From Octopus sinensis (taxonomy: Eukaryota), in the NCBI RefSeq assembly GCF_006345805.1, contig NC_043000.1, forward strand, positions 992,001-1,056,000: a stretch of 64,000 nt of DNA, given 5' to 3'. The notes beneath the pieces were generated by a model that saw only the letters and a list, made by a program, of their open reading frames with translations, was not told the origin of the DNA and searched no databases. Shown in pieces: positions 1-12,118 of the stretch. The number at the start of each line of letters is the position of its first letter. The stretch's first letter is position 1. The position numbers and the translations under genes are program-made.

Positions 1-192
1 GGAGAGACACAAATAAGAAAGAAGAAAACAAAGGACCACTGATGTGGTCACAGGAGTGTGACGAAAGAACTCTGGCCGAAATAAGATTAAGATTAATGTA
101 AAAAATAAATAACACTGAAGCAAAGTAACACTAAATATATAGTGCGTGTGTTTTTATTGGCTAAACTGGCAAAATGACCATTCCGAAATATA
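1..192. mobile_element. Right arm of the palindromic element family seen complete at 51435-51854
   Basis: Aligns by eye with 51658-51850 (ggagagacac..aaataagaaagaagaaa..ggaccactgatg..ttggctaaactggcaaaatgac); followed by (TA)n. Confidence 0.85.
36..75 (+). ncRNA. Degenerate hammerhead-like motif (A9 to U)
   Basis: CCA-CTGATGT-G-GTCAC/GTGAC-GAAA-GAAC-TC, cleavage, TGG. The 51.7-kb copy of the family has CTGATGA. Confidence 0.4.
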
Positions 193-202
193 ACAATAAA
201 TT

Positions 203-236
<34 letters not shown>

Positions 237-240
<4 letters not shown>

Positions 241-650
241 AATATTAGGGAATAAATCCAAACTTACAGGGAAAAATCAGATTTAGGATTCAATCCAATT
301 TTATAGTAAAATATTATATTATATTAAATTAGAGACAAAACCACTATTAGGCAAATCATACAATGAAAAACTTAAGCCAATACATAAGATTATTTAATTT
401 ATATTATTTAAATATATAACAAAATTATTAAAAAAATATAATTAATATAACACTACGATCGTTTCATGGCTGTTAAATTCTTTAAATTTTCGAGTTACAG
501 TCATTCATCAGGTGGTTTAAATATTTATCTTGGCGAGGTTTAAACGATGAACTCTAATTTAATATAATATAATATTTTACTATAAAATTTGGATTCAATC
601 CTAAATCTGATTTTTCCCTGTAAAATTGGATTTATTCCCTAATATTTATT
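237..650. mobile_element. (TA)n-embedded fold-back element with ~98-bp terminal inverted repeats and an internal hammerhead
   Basis: 237-334 is the reverse complement of 552-650 with few mismatches; (TA)n on both sides. Confidence 0.85.
451..514 (-). ncRNA. Candidate minimal type-I hammerhead ribozyme
   Basis: Minus strand: CAC-CTGATGA-ATG[stem II, with CTGT/ACAG extension]CAT-GAAA-C-GATC-G-TA, cleavage, GTG. Stem I CAC/GTG; palindromic GATC loop III. Confidence 0.7.
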
Positions 651-735
651 ATATATATATATATATATATATATTATATTATTATTAGTTATTTCGATCT
701 TGAAAGGATGGACTTGGTGCAAACTTAACTGTATC

Positions 736-775
<40 letters not shown>

Positions 776-990
776 ATTAATAGTAATTTTTATTAACTTT
801 CATAGCTTTAGAATTTTATGAACTGAACCATGGTTTTAATTATTATTTTTCATCTCCCTATGTAATGAGTATTATATTATATAAGTGTAGCATTATGATG
901 TATAAGTTTTTATATTTTACATTTTTATATTTTTATATTTATATGTATATGGTTATATAATATTTTTCACAATTATAACAAATTTAATTT

Positions 991-1106
991 AATTCTCTGA
1001 AGAGGCTGTGGGGCATCCTTGTTAATGCCTCATTTATACCTGCCTTTATGGCTTAGAGGTTAAATGAGGTATGACTGCCCTCACTGCCGAAACAGCTGTC
1101 AGTTTT
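991..1106 (+). ncRNA. Candidate type-I hammerhead ribozyme with long stem II
   Basis: CTGAAGA 997-1003; stem II GGC.GTG.GGGCA / TGCCC.CAC.GCC with further inner hairpin; GAAA 1089-1092; C-AGCT-G-TC, cleavage after 1100. Stem I is interrupted (AATTCT/AGTTTT). Confidence 0.6.
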
Positions 1107-1344
1107 GATTTAATTGCATATTATATTTGAAATTTTTTACTTATATCTCTTTATCTTTTTACTATTACTGTATATCTCATTTTGTATAATGCCTTTACTC
1201 ATATGTAATGGTGTATTAAAGTATTGATTGGGTATCATCGGATAGTTGATGTTTTATTGATTTAAGTATGTTTCTCCATTCTCTAATTTTGTTGTAATAT
1301 ATATATATATATATATCTTTGCTTTCTTTTTTCTTCTTTTGCAG

Positions 1345-1572
1345 CCAGTTCCTTGATACCTCTCTTTCCGTGTATGAATATTAATGCCTCCTACCATGCG
1401 AACAGTACGTGTACGACGGAGAAAGAGGACACTCACTCGGCTACTACTGCTGCTTACGCGTTGATATTTATTGGAATGATTTTGGGTGGAATCTGCAAAG
1501 CTGTCAGAACTCCTTTAGTTACCTGCTATATAGATGACAATATAGACAAAGTCTACATCGGTGGATACATGA
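1345..1572 (+). CDS. SLCO/OATP transporter, first coding exon visible in window (SSLIPLFPC...GICKAVRTPLVTCYIDDNIDKVYIGGYM)
   Basis: Polypyrimidine tract plus cag acceptor (1342-1344), donor A|GTGAGT at 1573. Contains the OATP TM4 motif YIDDN. 228 nt, phase 1/1. An alternative cag at 1346-1348 cannot be excluded because the upstream exon is outside the window. Confidence 0.9.
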
Positions 1573-1729
1573 GTGAGTGTTTGTTTTTATAACAGCTTTG
1601 AGCGAGAGAAAAGAGCTCAACCAATGAAATTGTCGTTATATTTCAGCTTTCACCATGCATATCAATTAGTTACTAAGGGCGTGTGGGTGTGCATATATGC
1701 CAATATATTTCTATTCGTATACGTCTATG

Positions 1730-1766
<37 letters not shown>

Positions 1767-1792
1767 AAAAGAAAAATGGAAAAGGAGACAAA

Positions 1793-1829
<37 letters not shown>

Positions 1830-1929
1830 TGATCTAATAAATGAGATGTCTGGATTATTTTCATATTTGCGTAATTTAGACAACAGTTCATTCACCACAT
1901 CCTGTACACACACACACACACACACACAC

Positions 1930-2019
<90 letters not shown>

Positions 2020-2020
<1 letters not shown>

Positions 2021-2660
2021 TGCTATCATTATTGTTTTTACGTAATTTTGTATTTTTATTCGTGTAACATCGTCCTGTTTTCCGTCCTTGTTTTGTATAC
2101 ATTCGAGGCTTTCTTCCAAGGAATCAAATGCGCTTGGCTTATATTTTCCTTTGGAGCTGGCCAGGTCGGAGCAATCTCAAGATTAATCAGCCGAAATTGC
2201 GAAGTTGATCCGGTTCTTGACTGAAGATTGAAGGCTTCGAATGTCCCGTCCGTGTTTTTTGTGTCGTCTTCTAAATGTTTCACGTTCTTGTCCCAGTTTG
2301 TATTCTTTTACTTTTACATATATATATATATATATATATAAAATAATAAGAACGCAAAACATTCAGAAGACGATACAAAGAACACGGACGGGTCATTTGA
2401 AGCCTTCAATCTTCAGTCAAGAACCGGATCATCCTCGCAATTTCGACTGATTAATCTTGAGATTGCTCCATTCTGGCCAGCCCCAAGGAAAAACTAAGCT
2501 AAGCGCATTAGATTCCTTGAAAAAAAGCTTCGAATGTATACGAAACAAGGACGGAAAAACAGACGATGTTACGCGAATATGAATACAAAATTAATACGAA
2601 AAAACCAATAATAATAATAATAACAATAACAGGACATCACAACAGGCGTCTTTCGACTTA
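2020..2660. mobile_element. Two diverged copies of a ~300-bp repeat in opposite orientation around a (TA)n tract
   Basis: About 2020-2300 is an imperfect reverse complement of about 2345-2620; a third copy lies at about 31935-32250. Confidence 0.8.
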
Positions 2661-2697
2661 TATATATAGTATATATATTTTCTATTTTCTATTTCAG

Positions 2698-2784
2698 GTC
2701 TTATGGGTGCATTCAATGTGATTGGTTTTGTGATAGCATTCACTCTGGGAGGATATTTTAGTCAAATATATGTTACACTGAAAG
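2698..2784 (+). CDS. SLCO/OATP coding exon (SLMGAFNVIGFVIAFTLGGYFSQIYVTLK)
   Basis: tttcag acceptor, G|GTAAGC donor, 87 nt, phase 1/1; resembles OATP TM5 (LGG..S.YV). Confidence 0.92.
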
Positions 2785-2790
2785 GTAAGC

Positions 2791-2842
<52 letters not shown>

Positions 2843-3100
2843 AAACCTTTCCATCTCTCATCACTAATTGTAAAACTGATTTTTTAAAGGAATTACTTGT
2901 ATCTCTAATGTTTTTGTCAATGCACCTCTCTAAACAGAGCTACAGTTTCTTTCGATCAATGTTGATTAAAAATAGCACTAACTTATAGACAGACAGATTA
3001 GATAGACAGACAGCCAGCCAGCCAGACAGACAGACAGACAATCGGATGGATGGATGGATGGATGGATGGATGGATGGATGGATGGATAGATAGATAGATA

Positions 3101-3171
<71 letters not shown>

Positions 3172-3992
3172 CAATATGGTTGCAAACTCGTGTTCGAGTA
3201 TTGCCATCGCCTGATTGAAAGTCCCAGCCATGCGAAGGCTACGACCAGCCATCTTTTTCAAGCGATGCTTGCACTTGATGATTTTTTTTATAGTGGAGAA
3301 AGGATTTGCATGAATCCAATCACACCGTCTGAACTTGGACAACATAAACTGGATCAGATGAACTAGTCTACATCATCGAATATTGTCAATGTCGCAGGTT
3401 TTCTCTCAGAGTGATGTTTTCTCTCCTAGAGATATGTAACAATAACAAGTGTTTCCACGTCCCCGCGCATACATACACACGTACACATTTTGTTGGATGA
3501 CCGTTGACTGTTCATAAGCTCTTCCGCTCTTTGGGAGGTCTCATTTTTCGTCCTGCAATGCGTCCAACAATCACCCTCCTCACCAAGCAAGCTTAAAGGG
3601 GGTTGCAAGTTTAGAAGCCGGCGAACCGACCAAGCAACAGGTTGGACTGGGTTTCATGTTACGAGTAGCGCCCAAAATCAACTTGACATACATATATACA
3701 TGAATACATACATACATACATACATACATACATACATACATACATACATACATACATACATACAACTTTTATCTTTTGCTTGTTTCAGTCATTGGACTGC
3801 AGCCGTGCCAGGCATCGTTTCGAACAGTTTAGTCGAATAATTCGGTCCCACTAGTTACTTTACAAGCCTGTTACTTATACTACCGGTCACTCATACCGAA
3901 CTGCTAAGTTGCGGGGATATAAACAAAACAACACCTGTTGTCAAGTAGTAGTGGATAACAGATATACACAAACACAAAGGCATACACACACT

Positions 3993-4066
<74 letters not shown>

Positions 4067-6283
4067 ATATACGACATGTTTCTTTCAGATTCCGTCTACC
4101 AAAACCAATCAGAAGGCTTGGCACGGGACTCTAGGAGAAGACATTTGTCCAAGGTGCCAGCATTAGGACGAAACCCAAGTCTATATATAAGTCCTCTGCT
4201 AATTATGGTTAACCATGTAACAGCACTTCTTTGACAATAGTCCTTCCTATTATAGGCGCAAGGGCTGACATTTTCGGGGAGGATGAAAGGCAAAGTCGAC
4301 CTCAGCGGGATTTCAACTCAGAACGCAGCGGCAGACGAAATACCGCTAAGCATTTCGCTCAGCGTGCTAACGATTCTGCCAGCTCTCCACCTTTGACAAT
4401 AATGTTCACCAAGAAAAAGGCAAAACCCGATAGAATTTGACACTATTTTCCGCGAACAAGAACTCAGAATGTAAAGAGCTGACGCAAATATCATGCCTAA
4501 CGGTGTAAGATTTCTGACTATTCATGGCCATTGGTTTGTACTATATTTTATCAAACCGGAAGTTGATCCCGGCGGGATTTAATTGTCCACCGAACACAGA
4601 TCTGCGTACCTTAAGCGCGTGCAGGAATTTGCTTAATTTTATCCGTTAACGTTTTAGATTTTTTTTAAAGATTTTTTATGCTGTTGAGAGTTCTGTACGT
4701 AATGTGTGTGATAATAGCTTCTGTATTCATGTATCTGTGTAAGCATTATTCCTTGGTATCGCATGTTACCTCTAATAACCTCATTACATTTCGACTCTTG
4801 AGACACTGATGTGGAAGCTGAATGTGCTGTAGGGTTACTCGTACGAGGGAACAGCAAGAGTGTACTGACGACGCAGACAAAGTTGTCATAATGTCGGACA
4901 CCAAGGAAATAGATATGGTTAGCATCATACTCAAGGGAAATACAACGTGTTAACAAGAACACACATTAAATAAGATAAGTTAGTGGACTTCTGCTTGGTG
5001 CCCGGAGACGTTGTTGGCCTTGGACCAAAATTTAGTACAAATATTTGACGAATTATTTTAATGTTAAGACGGCAGATTAGCAAAAACGTTAGAGTGTTAT
5101 AGGAAACGCCTGGCTTTCTACATTCTGAGGTGAAATTTCACTGAGTTTTACGTTGCCTTTCATCCGTTCAGGGTCGATAGATTAAGTACCAATCTACATC
5201 TACCATATCGATGGTGTCATGTGCCAATAGAATGACTCCTAGCCAAAGTGCTTGGAGTTTGGTTAAGACCAGACCTTCACACAGAATGAAGCTAAAGCGT
5301 GGTTAGAAACAGTTTAGTCACCTTGCTTTACTTTAGTTACCATTTGACCACAGATAATCATTTGAGCATCTACTTTTTGTGTAAGAACCAATTTCTACCG
5401 CTCAGAAAGCTTATCTGATGTCAATACTGTCTGCGTGGGAAGATCAGGCTGCTGACGAAGCACAAGTTGTGACATCTACAGAGATTCCAGCAAAGTGCAA
5501 AGGTCTGACCACTATTTGTCAGACAATGTTTTCCACAGCTCGTTTCTTTGACCGAGTTACTATTGTAGATCAAGTATAGACTATGATTGGGTGTCAGATA
5601 TGAGTAAATTTGTTACACATTCACAGTACTTTACTAGCCGAGGAATACTATACGTAAGTCAACTCTGATGTTCTTTAGATAGCAAGTGGACGGAATAAGC
5701 AACGAATAACTCAGAAATTATGTTGGATCGCTTTTGTTATAAGTTAATTAGACATGGTTAATTACAATGAGATTATCAGTCCAAATATGCTTGATGCACG
5801 TTCGAATAGGGAAACAAGCTGCTCTCTGCGTTATGTCAGGGAGAATATATCTCGCTTGTTGACAAATGGTGTGTATACACCTAGAGAAGCTCGCAACGCC
5901 ATCTACGTAGACTGTGAGAATCTAGCATTTCGGGGTAGCAATCTTCTCATCGGTTACAGACACTCAGCAGCTGACACTACGAGCTGGATTAAGCGATTAC
6001 CTCTCTTATGCGTTTCCAGCCACCGTACGATGACTGGCAGCGCTATACGGCGGTTCACCGTAAGAAAATTAGCGGAGGGGGAGCGCTAAGCAATGATAAG
6101 TGAAATTGCAATGTTATTATGGGTCCGAATATGCTTGTTGCACGTTTGAACTTGGGAACAAGTTACTCACTGCGTTTTGTCACGGAGAATATATCTCGCT
6201 TGGTGACAAATGGTGTGTATAGACGTAGATCAGCTCCCAGCGCCATATACTGACTGATAATACGTAATGGTTAATTGCGTAGC

Positions 6284-6545
6284 GGAGGCGCGTGGCTTAG
6301 TGGTTAGGGTGTCAGCACCATGATCGTAAGATTGTGGTTTCGATTCCTGGACCGGGCGACGCGTTGCGTTCTTGAGCAAAACACTTCATTTCACGTTGCT
6401 CCAGTCCACTCAGTTGGCAAAAACGAGTAACGCTGCGATGGACTGGCGTCCCATCCAGCTGGGGAACACATACGCCATTGAAACCGGGAAACCGGGCCCA
6501 TGAGCCTGGCTAGGCTTTAAAAGGATGCATTTATTATTTATTTTT
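6284..6545 (+). mobile_element. tRNA-derived SINE, family F3 (other copies 26345-26930 composite and 35120-35382, both -)
   Basis: A box tggcttagtgg, B box ggtttcgattcc; shared body. Confidence 0.8.
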
Positions 6546-7169
6546 ATTATCTAATTGCGTATGAGTACATGGTGGGGTACCAATCTCTTTTGCTGTGGCT
6601 GACGATCCACGGCAGCATTTGAATTCAAAAAGCAAATACTATAACAAATACAAACATTGCCTTTCTTGTCCAGTATTGTAATGATTCTAACAGTCCACTC
6701 TTGATTGGTACTTAATCAATCGACCCCAAACGAATGAAAGGCAACGTAAAACTCAGCAGAATTTCACCTCAGAATGTAGAAAGCCAAGCATGTCTTATAA
6801 CACTCTAACGCTTTTGCTAATCTGCCGTGTTAACATTAAAATAATTCGTCAAATATTTGTACTAAATTTTGGTACAAGGCCAACAACTTCAGAGAGAGAG
6901 AGACTCAGTCTATTACATCGACCCCAGTATTTGATTGGTATTTACTTTATTGACCCTGAAAGGATGACAGGTAAAGTTGACGTCAGAGGGATGAAAAGAG
7001 CTGCAAGAAATGTCGATAAGCATTTTGTCTGACGCGCTTGCCTCATCAACAAATAATGTAGGATTTCTGATATTTCCGTCACGGTGTTTATATTTATATT
7101 TATATTTATATTTATTCATTGCTATTTCTTTTTCATTTTTTAAAAAATTCTATCTTGTTTTTTTTTTAG

Positions 7170-7346
7170 ATGTAAATTTAACCCCCATGGATTCCAAGTG
7201 GATTGGTGCTTGGTGGCTTGGATTTGCTACATTTGCTGGCTTTTCATTGCTAGTAGCCTTGCCTTTGTTTGCTTTCCCTCGATCATTCAATAATTTTAAA
7301 GATGAAGAGGAGAAGGAAGATGAAAAACCAAAGTTATCATTGAAAG
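7170..7346 (+). CDS. SLCO/OATP coding exon carrying the OATP signature (DVNLTPMDSKWIGAWWLGF...LFAFPR)
   Basis: T-rich acceptor ttttag, donor G|GTAAAT, 177 nt, phase 1/1; D-x-(R/K)W-I-GAWW-x-GF signature. Confidence 0.96.
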
Positions 7347-7380
7347 GTAAATATAGATAGATATAATACGTGTGTGTATA

Positions 7381-7792
7381 CTCTTTACTCTTTTACTCTT
7401 TTACTTGTTTCAGTCATTTGACTGCGGCCATGCTGGAGCACCACCTTTAGTCGAGCAAATCGACCCCGGGACTTATTCTTTGTAAGCCCAGTACTTATTC
7501 TATCGGTCTCTTTTTCCGAACCGCTAAGTGACGAGGACGTAAACACACCAGCATCGGTTGTCAAGCAATGCTAGGGGGACAAACACAGACACACAAACAC
7601 ACACACATATATATATACATACATATATACGACAGGCTTCTTTCAGTTTCCGTCTACCAAATCCACTCACAAGGCATTGGTCGGCCCGGGGCTATAGCAG
7701 AAGACACTTGCCCAAGATGCCACGCAGTGGGACTGAACCCGGAACCATGTGGTTGGTTAGCAAGCTACTTACCACACAGCCACTCCTGCGCC
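7381..7792 (-). mobile_element. SINE family F2 with internal microsatellite and (AAGAGT)n tail (other copies 27307-27718, 35995-36400, 39233-39634, 42010-42410, 49266-49667, partial 61770-62060 and 63910-64000)
   Basis: Head ggcgcaggagtggctgtgtggtaag..gggttcagtccc; near-identical body among copies. Confidence 0.9.
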
Positions 7793-8116
7793 TATGTGTA
7801 TGCGTATGCGTGTGTGTGTGTGTGTGTCTGTGCGTGTGTGAGGATGCATGGCCTAGATCGTGATGGTGTGTTGTGTTCTTCAGAAAAACACTTCATCTCA
7901 CGTTGTTCTGCGATCGCTTCGATACCTGATGCGTTGGACGCTGCACCTGTTCCAGCAACGTCGATTTGATGGCGAGGGTGAACTGACGATCGGCGCATAT
8001 ATTTGATTGCTATAACCCAAGCATATGTGCTGGTCATTCGGCAAAAGCTGAACGCTCATAGGTCGTCTTCGACTGGAGAGCCTATCGTCCATCATTTATA
8101 TTTATATATAAATTCG

Positions 8117-8454
8117 GAGACCCCCTTCGGTCACGACACAGACCATGGGATTGCACCTAGAAAGTTACCCTCCTAGACACAAGTCCGGGCGAGATTGTTT
8201 ATGGAAGACCAGCAGTCGCCCATGCATACTAGCCTCCCCTCTCCACGCCACCAGTGTTATCCAAGGGAAAGGCAAAAGGGCCGATACAGCTTGGCACCTG
8301 TGACGTCGCAACTCATTTCTACAGATGAATGAACTGGAGCAACGTGAAATAAAGTGTCTTGCTCAAGAACACAACACGCAGCCCGGTCCGGGATTCGAGC
8401 TCACAACCTCACGATCGTAAGCTCGACGCTCTAACCACTGAGCCATGCGCCTTC

Positions 8455-8455
<1 letters not shown>
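8117..8455 (-). mobile_element. tRNA-derived SINE, family F4 (shorter copies 17157-17405 and 18485-18734)
   Basis: Head tgaaggcgcatggctcagtggttagagc..gagctcgaatccc. Confidence 0.85.
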
Positions 8456-8493
<38 letters not shown>

Positions 8494-8494
8494 T

Positions 8495-8586
<92 letters not shown>

Positions 8587-8894
8587 AATATATATATATA
8601 ATTTCAACAATTGAGGGTAAAATTAATTAATTATTAATCAATTTCACCAAGTATTCAGTATGTAAAGGGACCATTTAAGGCGAATTCAAAATATTACATT
8701 TTATAAAGGGCTTAGTAAAATAAATTACTTTGCCACATACTGAACTCATTAGAAATAGCAGCCAAAAAAAATTTTTTTAGCCGAATTCTAATACTTAAAG
8801 AAAATTTCTCTCAGATAGTGCTTACTCAGAATAGCCCACGAAGGTATGGGGGTAAAAACATTAAAAATTTAAAAAATCACAAATGCAAAGGTTA

Positions 8895-8956
8895 TTTGAG
8901 AACGTACGTTTCTAGATCAACCAAATACAATTCGACACTTCTTTCGTCAGCCCAAA
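8895..8956 (-). ncRNA. Candidate hammerhead ribozyme in tandem unit 1
   Basis: TTTGGG-CTGACGA-[stem II]-GAAA-C-GTAC-G-TT, cleavage, CTCAAA; 6-bp stem I with one G.U. Confidence 0.68.
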
Positions 8957-9460
8957 ATTCCTTAATTCGGATTTGCAAACACTGAAAGTAGGAGCATACC
9001 CTTTTGGCGACTTTTCACCTCAGAAGATCCGTTCAGACTATCAGTGCCAACAAATTCAAAATATGCAAGCGAAGAATTTCTGCCCTTCCCTTTCCACCCA
9101 TGTGGTCTAATCTAGCAAACACCATAATTTTATCGGTGAAAACCGAAGCATTAAACAGAGCGAAATGAATTATAATTTCAACAATTGAGGGTAAAATTAA
9201 TTAATTATTAATCAATTTCACCAAGTATTCAGTATGTAAAGGGACCATTTAAGGCGAATTCAAAATATTACATTTTATAAAGGGCTTAGTAAAATAAATT
9301 ACTTTGTCACATATTGAACTCATTAGAAATAGCAGCCAAAAAAAATTTTTTTAGCCGAATTCTAATACTTAAAGAAAATTTCTCTCAGATAGTGCTTACT
9401 CAGAATAGCCCACGAAGGTATGGGGGTAAAAACATTAAAAAATCACAAATGCAAAGGTTA

Positions 9461-9522
9461 TTTGAGAACGTACGTTTCTAAATCAGCCAAATACAATTCG
9501 ACATTTCTTTCGTCAGACCAAA
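9461..9522 (-). ncRNA. Candidate hammerhead ribozyme in tandem unit 2
   Basis: Same motif as unit 1, but the stem I base next to the core is G to T (mismatch). Confidence 0.55.
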
Positions 9523-10292
9523 ATTCCTTAATTCGGATTTGCAAACACTGAAAGTAGGAGCATACCCTTTTGGCGACTTTTCACCTCAGAAGATCCGTTC
9601 AGACTATCAGTGCCAACAAATTCAAAATATGCAAGCGAAGAATTTCTGCCCTCCCCTTTCCACCCACGTGGTCTAATCTAGCAAACACCATAATTTTATC
9701 GGTGAAAACCGAAGCATTAAACAGAGAGAAATGAATTATAATTTCAACAATTGAGGGTAAAATTAATTAATTATTAATCAATTTCACCAAGTATTCAGTA
9801 TGTAAAGGGACCATTTAAGGCGAATTCAAAATATTACATTTTATAAAGGGCTTAGTAAAATAAATTACTTTGCCACATACTGAACTCATTAGAAATAGCA
9901 GCCAAAAAAAATTTTTTTAGCCGAATTCTAATACTTATGTGGCAAAGTAATTTATTTTACTAAGCCCTTTATAAAATGTAATATTTTGAATTCGCCTTAA
10001 ATGGTCCCTTTACATACTGAATACTTGGTGAAATTGATTAATAATTAATTAATTTTACCCTCAATTGTTGAAATTATAATTCATTTCTCTCTGTTTAATG
10101 CTTCGGTTTTCACCGATAAAATTATGGTGTTTGCTAGATTAGACCACGTGGGTGGAAAGGGGAGGGCAGAAATTCTTCGCTTGCATATTTTGAATTTGTT
10201 GGCACTGATAGTCTGAACGGATCTTCTGAGGTGAAAAGTCGCCAAAAGGGTATGCTCCTACTTTCAGTGTTTGCAAATCCGAATTAAGGAAT

Positions 10293-10354
10293 TTTGGGCT
10301 GACGAAAGAAATGTCGAATTGTATTTGGCTGATCTAGAAACGTACGTTCTCAAA
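10293..10354 (+). ncRNA. Candidate hammerhead ribozyme in inverted unit (sense to SLCO pre-mRNA)
   Basis: CTGACGA 10299-10305; GAAA 10337-10340; GTAC loop; GTT, cleavage after 10348; stem I 10293-10298 / 10349-10354. Confidence 0.68.
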
Positions 10355-10561
10355 TAACCTTTGCATTTGTGATTTTTTAATTTTTTAATGTTTTTACCCC
10401 CATACCTTCGTGGGCTATTCTGAGTAAGCACTATCTGAGAGAAATTTTCTTTAAGTATTAGAATTCGGCTAAAAAAATTTTTTTTGGCTGCTATTTCTAA
10501 TGAGTTCAGTATGTGGCAAAGTAATTTATTTTACTAAGCCCTTTATAAAATGTAAAATATA

Positions 10562-10605
<44 letters not shown>

Positions 10606-10954
10606 CACACACGCGCACACACACACATGCACACACGAATGCATATATATATATATGTATTCATATATTGGAGGTTTGGATAATTCACCTTTGGAAACAT
10701 GGTTGGTTCGTTCAACATCCTTAAACATTCCTTATTCAGGGACCTTTTGAGCGGGATGGGCTACTAGACCTGAAGAAAATTATAACTGGGCCCCACCTGC
10801 AAGGTCATGCGCTGTTTATCACCATGTCGCGCACACATGGTTGCGATGCATGTGCTTGTTGTACCCTTATCAGACGGGTAGTCATGATGGGTATATTGGG
10901 CTTCGTATATTTTACCCCAATGTCACTTTGATGGCATGCACTGCTCTCTCACTC

Positions 10955-11000
<46 letters not shown>

Positions 11001-12118
11001 TTAATAATCTGTTTATGGTAATGTTAATAATAATATAGATTGGTGATTCACAACCGGGATCTATATAGCCCCTGAGACTCCATGTAAGACGTTGGGGGGG
11101 TTCACGCAACAAAATAGTAACTTGGGGATCCACAAGAGAATTTTAAGGGCGCCTGAAAACATTTTGCCTAAGATGTATGTATGTATTGGTATGTATTGCA
11201 AGAAACAGGTTTCTTTCTCTAACATTTTACGTAGTTCAACCAACACAAATTAATGTTTGAATTACAAAATAGGAACTTTTAAAGAAGTTTCTATGAAACT
11301 AGTTTTTAAACATCGAATGGCTAGGTGGAAGAGGCACCAGGATGCAATAATAATCAAACAGGTCCATGGATAAATAATGGTTGAGAATCCCTGATGTAGA
11401 ATATGTCCCTTCTAATAACTGAATACGTGTAAACGACTTGAAAAATGTCTGACAAACCCCCAGTTATAAATGATTTTGTTGGTCAAGGTGGAATTATATG
11501 GGCACCGACAGAAGCTAGACAAAATTTTCGGAAGATTATTCGCCCACATCAGATTATCAAAATTATCTACTACGAAAAGTTTGCGAAATTTCAAGAAGAG
11601 TTAGCTACTATTTCTAATATGTAGGCTGACTGCATAGAAGCTTTTGTTATTCAGTGACTTGTAACTTGTCCTCCTACTTGTCATTTCATTGATTTGGCAC
11701 TCCACTGGTTCTGTCACGAGTGTTGGATTTACAGTTGTTGAATAAGGTGTTATAACAATGCAAGACAATAAATTCGACAAGCGCAAGGTAGTATACTACA
11801 AACAGCGTTATTTACTATTTTGATGCTATGTAGGTTACTGCTTTGTACAATTGTGGAGCAGACGTACAGCTGTGTAGTGTAGCATTTTAAGCGTTGAAAA
11901 TTCCACACATTACATGGAGTTATAAATTTATATCAGGTGGTGGTAACACAGTGATACAATATTCTGGTACATTGCAATTAAATATTTGAGCTTTCGTTCA
12001 CACACACACACACACAAACAAACACACACATACAAATACACACAAACAAACACACATATATATAATATATATTATATATATATATTATATATATATATAT
12101 ATATATAAATGTGTGTGT

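Larger units (their letters stand above)
8601..10555. repeat. Array of a ~570-bp hammerhead-bearing unit: 2.3 direct copies followed by an inverted block
   Basis: Unit start atttcaacaattgaggg at 8601, 9175 and 9741 (periods 574 and 566); 9936-10555 is inverted; (TA)n at both outer ends. Confidence 0.92.

Noticed and set aside
1573-2119. Long ORFs rich in Y/I/C/V/H/T (also 12313-13634, 48365-48976 and many others)
   Set aside because: Translations of (TA)n, (TG)n and (TATG)n microsatellites; no splice or domain support.
2185-2250. GAAA preceding CTGAAGA (possible type II hammerhead)
   Set aside because: Stems I and II could not be paired.
6284-6360. tRNA genes at SINE heads (also 16827-16889, about 8380-8455, about 22055-22129)
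   Set aside because: A/B boxes are present, but no complete acceptor stem was seen and they run into repeat bodies; tRNA-derived, not tRNA genes.
11040-11800. Non-repetitive block, possible transposase remnant
   Set aside because: No motif could be recognised in any frame.
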